Positions 58,726 to 64,000 of a stretch of DNA of 64,000 bases are shown piece after piece. This DNA is from a bacterium (GTDB lineage: Bacteria > Patescibacteriota > Minisyncoccia > UBA6257 > GWB1-50-10). The stretch lies in assembly GCA_021814545.1 (NCBI GenBank), contig JAKAID010000002.1, forward strand, positions 7,009 through 71,008, written 5' to 3'. The translations under genes were made by a program, and so were the position numbers. Within the stretch, counting starts at the first letter, position 1, and each line of letters begins with the position of its first letter. The notes under the pieces were generated by a model. That model saw only the letters and a program-made list of their open reading frames with translations, did not search any database and was not told where the DNA came from.

Positions 58726-59628
58726 TTACGCGCCGCAGCCATTTCCCTTCGCACCGCCCGCGGTCGGTATCACAAGCGACCGCACTCGCTGAAACCCTTG
58801 TATGCTCGAATAGTCGGCGCCAAGCAATACCTTGGGGTCAGCGGTGCCCCACGATTGCCCGTTCGCCGCGAGGTACTTCCCGATGGTGAGATAGGTTTCC
58901 GGAAACCAGTATGCGTTGACCTGCAACGCCGCTCTATACATATCTGGCTCCGAAACACCCTGCGAGGCCATAAGCTCGAGAAGACCGAGCATCGCCATGC
59001 CGTGGTTACAATCCGGAAAATGCGTCGAGTTGCCGCAGCAAGGCCTGAATATGTTCCTCGAAACGCGATCTACGAGTTGCTGCTCGTCGCTCGTAAGACG
59101 TATGAGTGCGTGCCGGCTGTAGTGGTCCATTGCGTTGCCGCGCGCGAGCGTCCATCCGCCCGTCGACGCGAACTGCTGCGGTCCTCCATAGCGCGGGTCC
59201 GCCATTTCCCCCGCATCAAGAATTGGATTTTTGTTGGCGAGCCCGAGCGCCCACAGAAGATTCAATACATAGCCTTCATTTTCATCCGTTATTCTCAATT
59301 TCCCGTTATCGCTGCCAAGAAGAAATTTCCTGTTCTCGTCCGTAAATCCCCCGCGCGCCTCATAGAGCGCTTGATACTTTTGCGGGTCGATGGCACCAAG
59401 CGCAACGAGCCGCTTACCGAGGTCTCCCCACACGATAGGAAGCTCGACTCCCTCTTTGGGGATGACCGCCGCCTCGATCTGCGCCTCAAGGTCTGTGCCG
59501 GGCGCGGAAACGGGAGCGGACTCTCGCGCCTTGTTCTGTTCCGCGCGATACACAAGCGCGCCCGCAAGCATGAGCGCAGAGAGAAGCACGCTCGCGGGGA
59601 TTAGATTTTTTTTATCAAGTAATACCAT
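58726..59628 (-). CDS. Membrane-anchored hypothetical protein, putative metal-binding
   Basis: RPCCGNSTHFPDCNHGMAM; C-terminal GCGA. Confidence 0.78.
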   Translation of the reverse strand: MVLLDKKNLIPASVLLSALMLAGALVYRAEQNKARESAPVSAPGTDLEAQIEAAVIPKEGVELPIVWGDLGKRLVALGAIDPQKYQALYEARGGFTDENRKFLLGSDNGKLRITDENEGYVLNLLWALGLANKNPILDAGEMADPRYGGPQQFASTGGWTLARGNAMDHYSRHALIRLTSDEQQLVDRVSRNIFRPCCGNSTHFPDCNHGMAMLGLLELMASQGVSEPDMYRAALQVNAYWFPETYLTIGKYLAANGQSWGTADPKVLLGADYSSIQGFQRVRSLVIPTAGGAKGNGCGA

Positions 59629-59643
59629 GGTAATGAATGTGGT

Positions 59644-60423
59644 TTAGATGAAGAGCACCCCGATACCAAGAAGGACCATCGCAAGACCGGCCCACAGGTG
59701 GAACGTCCGCACATGCGCCCGCTTCCACTCTTGCATCTTGCCGAGAAGCGCGGTGTCCGAAGCGATGCGCAGCACAGCAACAAGCGGTGCGATAAGAAGC
59801 GCGTTGTAGAGAAAGAGATAACCGACGCCGCTTATGTACGTAACGTTATCCCGCAAAAGTCCGATAACCATAAGGTACGGCCCGCCCATGCAGGGAAACT
59901 GGCAGATACCCACCAGGAGCCCGAGCCCGAATGCGGCCGGCATTGATGCGCGCTCCATGAGCCGCGCCATCGCGCTATGCGCGGACGAGGGCAGCGAGAG
60001 CCGAATGGGAAACTTTGGGAACAGAGCTCCCGCTATATTCAATACGCCGAACAGGACAAGAAGTGTTGCGCCGAGCTTGCCCATGAAATGTGGCGTATTG
60101 AAAAGATGAAGTACGTTCAGAACGCCAAGCCCTATGAGGAGATACGCCGTGAAAATCCCCGCGATGTAGACACCTCCGACTGCCAGAATCTTACGCCGTG
60201 TCATCTGCATACCAAAGAGAAACGCGATGGTAATGAGCAATATTGAGAACGAGCACGGATGCACGCTGTCGAGAAGCGCCGAAACAAGCACAAGCGGCAG
60301 GAGCCACGCACCGTTGTTGCTTATACTCCAAAGGAATGTCGAAAGCCCCGCGTTTTGCTTCAATGCAACAACAAGAACGAAGGCAAGCACGACAAGGCTT
60401 GTGATAATAATGAACCGTTTCAT
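59644..60423 (-). CDS. CcdA/DsbD-like membrane redox protein
   Basis: DSVHPCSF and FPCMGGPY transmembrane Cys pair. Confidence 0.8.
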   Translation of the reverse strand: MKRFIIITSLVVLAFVLVVALKQNAGLSTFLWSISNNGAWLLPLVLVSALLDSVHPCSFSILLITIAFLFGMQMTRRKILAVGGVYIAGIFTAYLLIGLGVLNVLHLFNTPHFMGKLGATLLVLFGVLNIAGALFPKFPIRLSLPSSAHSAMARLMERASMPAAFGLGLLVGICQFPCMGGPYLMVIGLLRDNVTYISGVGYLFLYNALLIAPLVAVLRIASDTALLGKMQEWKRAHVRTFHLWAGLAMVLLGIGVLFI

Positions 60424-60426
60424 GCC

Positions 60427-60930
60427 TCAGGGCGTTACGATCGCTTTTATTTCGAAACGAAGCGCACCCCCGTTCGAATCGGTGAGATACACGAACCGGT
60501 CGATCGGCCCCACGCCCGCGGGCCCATGAGCTGCGGGGTCATATACGACCTTTACTGTAAATGCACCTCCCGCCCTCACCACTTCGTTTGCCGGCGGCAC
60601 AAAACCCATCCCCGGCATCCCGAAAGGCCCCCTCTCCGCGCCACTGTTCTCGATGTACGCGCTCGTACACATACAAGAGGTGGTGAGCGTAACGAGCGTA
60701 ACATCCTCCTTGGTCGAATTCGTGATACCGAATTCCTTGCTCACCTTTCCGTTCGCCATTGATATCGTTCCGAAATCATAGAAGGTGGAGGTGGCAACAA
60801 ATACGCTTGCCTTCTCCCCCTGCCCGGAGGCGCTTGTCGCCGTCGGCGCCGGTCGCGCAAACCAAAGAAGACCGAGAAGTCCGATAACTGCTAACAAAAA
60901 AACAATGATTGTATTATTACTATATTTCAT
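60427..60930 (-). CDS. DUF1573-like protein
   Basis: YDFGTI, TSCMCT, HGPAGVG. Confidence 0.78.
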   Translation of the reverse strand: MKYSNNTIIVFLLAVIGLLGLLWFARPAPTATSASGQGEKASVFVATSTFYDFGTISMANGKVSKEFGITNSTKEDVTLVTLTTSCMCTSAYIENSGAERGPFGMPGMGFVPPANEVVRAGGAFTVKVVYDPAAHGPAGVGPIDRFVYLTDSNGGALRFEIKAIVTP

Positions 60931-61016
60931 ACGTGATAGAATTAGTTGAACAAAAACATTCCCTTAAGAAGGAATTGTGCAAGCACGACAACACTGCGGC
61001 GTTTGCCGTGCCTGGG

Positions 61017-61397
61017 TTACGCCGCGGGACTTAATTCAAAAAGCGCGAGCCAAGAACGCAGTTCTTTGAGAACGAGTAGTGAGCGCGTACGCGTGTACGC
61101 AAAATGAAACGCCTTGTCCGGGGGCGAGGAAGGCGAAGTGTTCGCGAAAAAAACAAGAAAAAGAATGGCGAGCGCCAATACGAACACGGACACAAGCGGA
61201 ATGGTCACCTGAAAAAGATCTCCATACGCAACGATGTGGTGGAGCATGAAGCTCATAGCGCCAAGCGGGCACTCAATCCCGCCCATCATGGATGCGGCAC
61301 AATCAGGAGCGCGATGGTCCATACGATGATTAAAAAGCACGAACCCGAACGCGGTCATTCCAATAAGGCTTATAAGCAGCACAGTCGCAAGTCGCAT
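61017..61397 (-). CDS. Hypothetical membrane protein
   Basis: Two TM; H/C/M-rich loop; WLALFELSP end. Confidence 0.68.
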   Translation of the reverse strand: MRLATVLLISLIGMTAFGFVLFNHRMDHRAPDCAASMMGGIECPLGAMSFMLHHIVAYGDLFQVTIPLVSVFVLALAILFLVFFANTSPSSPPDKAFHFAYTRTRSLLVLKELRSWLALFELSPAA

Positions 61398-61433
61398 ATT
61401 GTAACTAATTATAATGCTCCGCGCCTCTTCGGG

Positions 61434-61934
61434 TCAACGTGTTGGGCGCACGACAAGCGCCGCCGTCGCGCACGCCTTTTCGAGCGTGGTGCAAAGCGGC
61501 ACGCGCGGACAATCCTGCGTGAAGCGCCTCCTAATATAGCGCGCATTTGTGAACCCATCCTCAATACCCACCACAAGGCGCACGCCATCGCGTTCATGCC
61601 GCACCTTCCATTCTGCAAGTTCGAAGCGCGTAGTCTGCGCATAGGCGCGGTCACAAAAATGCTCCGCCTCTTTCGCGAGCCAGAACAGTATCACCCCGTC
61701 TTTTGCCGCCCGGCGCAAGTACTTCGTTTCCCAATCAACCTGCCGTTCGTAATTGAAATCGTTATGGAGATATTCCCGCCGCGGTGAAGCAATGTGGAGT
61801 GAAGGCGCATGCGCGCGCAAATATGCAATGGCGCGCGTCTGCCAATCGGGTGCTCCCTGAATTGGTCCCGCAAGAAAAACAATAGGTCCTGAAACCTCAA
61901 TATACTCAGGCACCACGATTACCTTACCGCCCAT
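61434..61934 (-). CDS. Nucleoside 2-deoxyribosyltransferase-like protein
   Basis: VFLAGPI...DWQ, PRR, QVDWE, ILFW, TRFEL. Confidence 0.8.
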   Translation of the reverse strand: MGGKVIVVPEYIEVSGPIVFLAGPIQGAPDWQTRAIAYLRAHAPSLHIASPRREYLHNDFNYERQVDWETKYLRRAAKDGVILFWLAKEAEHFCDRAYAQTTRFELAEWKVRHERDGVRLVVGIEDGFTNARYIRRRFTQDCPRVPLCTTLEKACATAALVVRPTR

Positions 61935-62057
61935 AGATTAATGGTATCACGCCGCCGAGTTTTATCCGTGCAATTTCCGATATACTGAATATATGGATAC
62001 GTCCGCGGGGGCCCGGCGGACAAATAAAAAATCCGCTCGTAATGAGCGGATTTTTTC

Positions 62058-62147
62058 TTAACGGCGCCGCTTTGCGGCCTTCTTCCTTTTCTTCGGTGCA
62101 ACCTTCTTTCTCTTTGCGGGAGCGTGTTTCTTTGCTTTTTTCTTCAT
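62058..62147 (-). CDS. Putative 29-aa highly basic peptide
   Basis: MKKKAKKHAPAKRKKVAPKKRKKAAKRRR; terminator at 62026-62057. Confidence 0.55.
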   Translation of the reverse strand: MKKKAKKHAPAKRKKVAPKKRKKAAKRRR

Positions 62148-62312
62148 AAATGAACGAGTACAAAATTTTTTTCGACCTTTGCTGCCTGCGCAGCTCTCTC
62201 TTGTCATTATTGTAGCACGCAGATTTTTTGAAATTTGCATTTTCTTGAATATTGCTGTGCATAACTTCTGAAAAATTAAAAGCCCCGCGATGCACGGGGC
62301 TAAAATTTTTTT

Positions 62313-62540
62313 CTACTTTCGCCGGTCGACCCACGAGTGTCCACAATCCGGACAAAAGTGCGTGAGAACGCCATCGTCGACCACGCTGTCCTGGTCCGGA
62401 TGCGTACAGTCCTTCTGAAGCTCGTCGAGCTCGAACGAAAGCTCGTCGAGAATGCGCTCGAGTGCGGCGATCGCGGAGTCGAGCGCGTGCCGATTCGCGC
62501 GAACATCGATCTGCGTGAGCGTACGCTTGGGTTTCGCCAT
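62313..62540 (-). CDS. Small coiled-coil/zinc-ribbon protein
   Basis: CTH...CPDCG; SD AAAGGGG; hairpin at 62281-62301. Confidence 0.6.
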   Translation of the reverse strand: MAKPKRTLTQIDVRANRHALDSAIAALERILDELSFELDELQKDCTHPDQDSVVDDGVLTHFCPDCGHSWVDRRK

Positions 62541-62553
62541 TGGGTCGCCCCTT

Positions 62554-62997
62554 TCAGGCACGTGCGGCGCGAAGCAGGTCGGTCGCGTGCGCGACCGCGC
62601 GCGCGAATTCATCGAACCCGATGCGCGCGTAAACCTTGGGCATCGCGCGCTTGTCGGGCGTGTAAAGCAATGCCGGACGCGTGTAGGACGTGGGGTGGTC
62701 ATGCATGAGAATGGGGCCGCCCGCCATCCCCACGGGGTAGGGGTCAATCAGCCCGTAGTCCTGCGTGACGAGCCAGGAGTGCTCGAATCTCTTGAAAAAA
62801 TAGCCGTCAACGCACTCAAGCTCGGAGAAAAGCGCCGCGAACGCGCGCGCGAAGATGTGGCATGAAAGCTCGATAGGCCTCCCCCGTTTGTCATTCCAGA
62901 GCACAACGTTCTGGGGAAACTTGTCGACCATCGCCTCGACGACCGCAAACAGCGCCTTATCCCTCTCCGCCACGAACTGCCACATATATGGCTTCAT
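62554..62997 (-). CDS. Hypothetical protein (possible Cys-His-Asp triad)
   Basis: SD GGAGGAGG; SCH..AR, HSWL, IDPYP. Confidence 0.62.
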   Translation of the reverse strand: MKPYMWQFVAERDKALFAVVEAMVDKFPQNVVLWNDKRGRPIELSCHIFARAFAALFSELECVDGYFFKRFEHSWLVTQDYGLIDPYPVGMAGGPILMHDHPTSYTRPALLYTPDKRAMPKVYARIGFDEFARAVAHATDLLRAARA

Positions 62998-63093
62998 TGC
63001 CTCCTCCCAAAGACGAGAATTAATGTGAATAAATTACTACGCGCACGATACCATGTGAATGCCCGCAGCGCAATTACTACATATTCCCGCAGA

Positions 63094-63303
63094 CTAATCG
63101 AATGTATTGCCGCCTATCCTCATCTTTATTTCCTCCCGCAACATCTCCGCGTGCTTCTTCTCGTCCTCAAGTATTTTTTTGAGTGCCGGCTCGCTGTGGC
63201 ACTTCACCGCCGAAGCATCCTTAATGTAGTGGTTCTCAAGGCGCCAAATGGTATCGAGTGTCGTATGAAGCAGTTTTACGAGGTCGTAATTTATGTTCTT
63301 CAT
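63094..63303 (-). CDS. Small ferritin-like hypothetical protein
   Basis: Y.KDA...C...DE.KH motif. Confidence 0.65.
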   Translation of the reverse strand: MKNINYDLVKLLHTTLDTIWRLENHYIKDASAVKCHSEPALKKILEDEKKHAEMLREEIKMRIGGNTFD

Positions 63304-63471
63304 GGTAATCTGTCGCTATGGTTCGAACATCGACCTTTGTGTGTGTTATGAACCAGAAAGTCGCCATGCCGAAAAGCTAAGGTAGCCCGCGAACGCAACG
63401 ATGCCAAAAAATCAGACCTATCGGCTACCTTCATATATTCAGTATATCAGACAATGCGCCCTCACCGCAGG

Positions 63472-64000
63472 TCACCAAAGTTCCGCCAATTTCCCGTATT
63501 TCGTCGTCTTTAATAGTTCGAACCACATGAGACTCGCTATCATCGCGAGCCCTATCAGAATAAGGTCGTTGAACCGAAGAGGCGCGAGATGAAAGAGCCC
63601 CGCAAGGAATGGCACATAGAGCACGGCGAGAAGGCAAAGTACCGCACCCGCAATAACCCCGAGCAATACCCTATTCGCCGAACGGAGTACGCGATAGATA
63701 CTTTTCCTCCAGGAAAGATTGATGACAATAAGCAAAAGATTACCCAAGACAAGGGAAACGAACGCAAAGGAACGCGCTTCAAGCTCGCCCCGGCCGGTCT
63801 TCATAACAAAAAGATACAGTGCAAAAGAAACGATGAGGATACCCATACCTTGGAGCAGGCTCAATCCAACCGTCCTGTGGGAGAACAAGGGCTGCGCAAG
63901 ATTCCGCGGGGGACGCTCCATGATATCGTCGGCCTCCTTTTCCGATTCGAATACCACCGAACATGCCGGGTCAATGATAAATTCCAGGAATGCGATGTGC
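63472..64000 (-). CDS. Cation-transporting P-type ATPase, C-terminal part (5' end outside the window)
   Basis: HIAFLEFIIDPACSVVFE...MERPPR followed by TM helices. Confidence 0.82.
   Translation of the reverse strand, partial: HIAFLEFIIDPACSVVFESEKEADDIMERPPRNLAQPLFSHRTVGLSLLQGMGILIVSFALYLFVMKTGRGELEARSFAFVSLVLGNLLLIVINLSWRKSIYRVLRSANRVLLGVIAGAVLCLLAVLYVPFLAGLFHLAPLRFNDLILIGLAMIASLMWFELLKTTKYGKLAELW

Noticed and set aside
1-64000. Alternative genetic code (TGA recoding as in Gracilibacteria/Absconditabacteria)
   Set aside because: Conserved genes are uninterrupted under code 11 and several end in TGA with ATGA overlaps

Overview
Bacterial chromosomal segment, almost all genes on the minus strand, standard code (TGA used as stop). 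The gene inventory points to a Patescibacteria/CPR (Parcubacteria-like) genome (inference from DUF5652, a PPIase-less trigger factor, Fe-S-less glycosylases and many leaderless-type starts). Core blocks are: a domain-1-less release factor 1; a glycolysis/non-oxidative pentose-phosphate cluster; DNA repair genes (mutY, nth, xseAB, UvrD-nuclease fusion); a MacAB-like exporter; typA, prs, ahpC, murI; and a copper/redox cluster around copA. Accessory islands (about 11.1-19.0 kb, 42.4-42.8 kb, 50.2-52.5 kb, 62.3-63.0 kb) are built from stand-alone promoter-SD-ORF-terminator units. The 11-19 kb island holds the most unusual signals: (1) a dedicated transcription unit for two tRNA-shaped RNAs whose anticodon loops are replaced by 22-nt and 82-nt structured extensions; (2) an adjacent phage-like Cys-rich protein/HNH pair; (3) a tandem array of five membrane-anchored paralogs resembling the C-type-lectin-fold proteins targeted by diversity-generating retroelements. 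I saw no integrase, reverse transcriptase, CRISPR array or rRNA. All family calls come from motif recognition by eye, not from database searches. Several start codons were moved downstream of the ORF-track starts.
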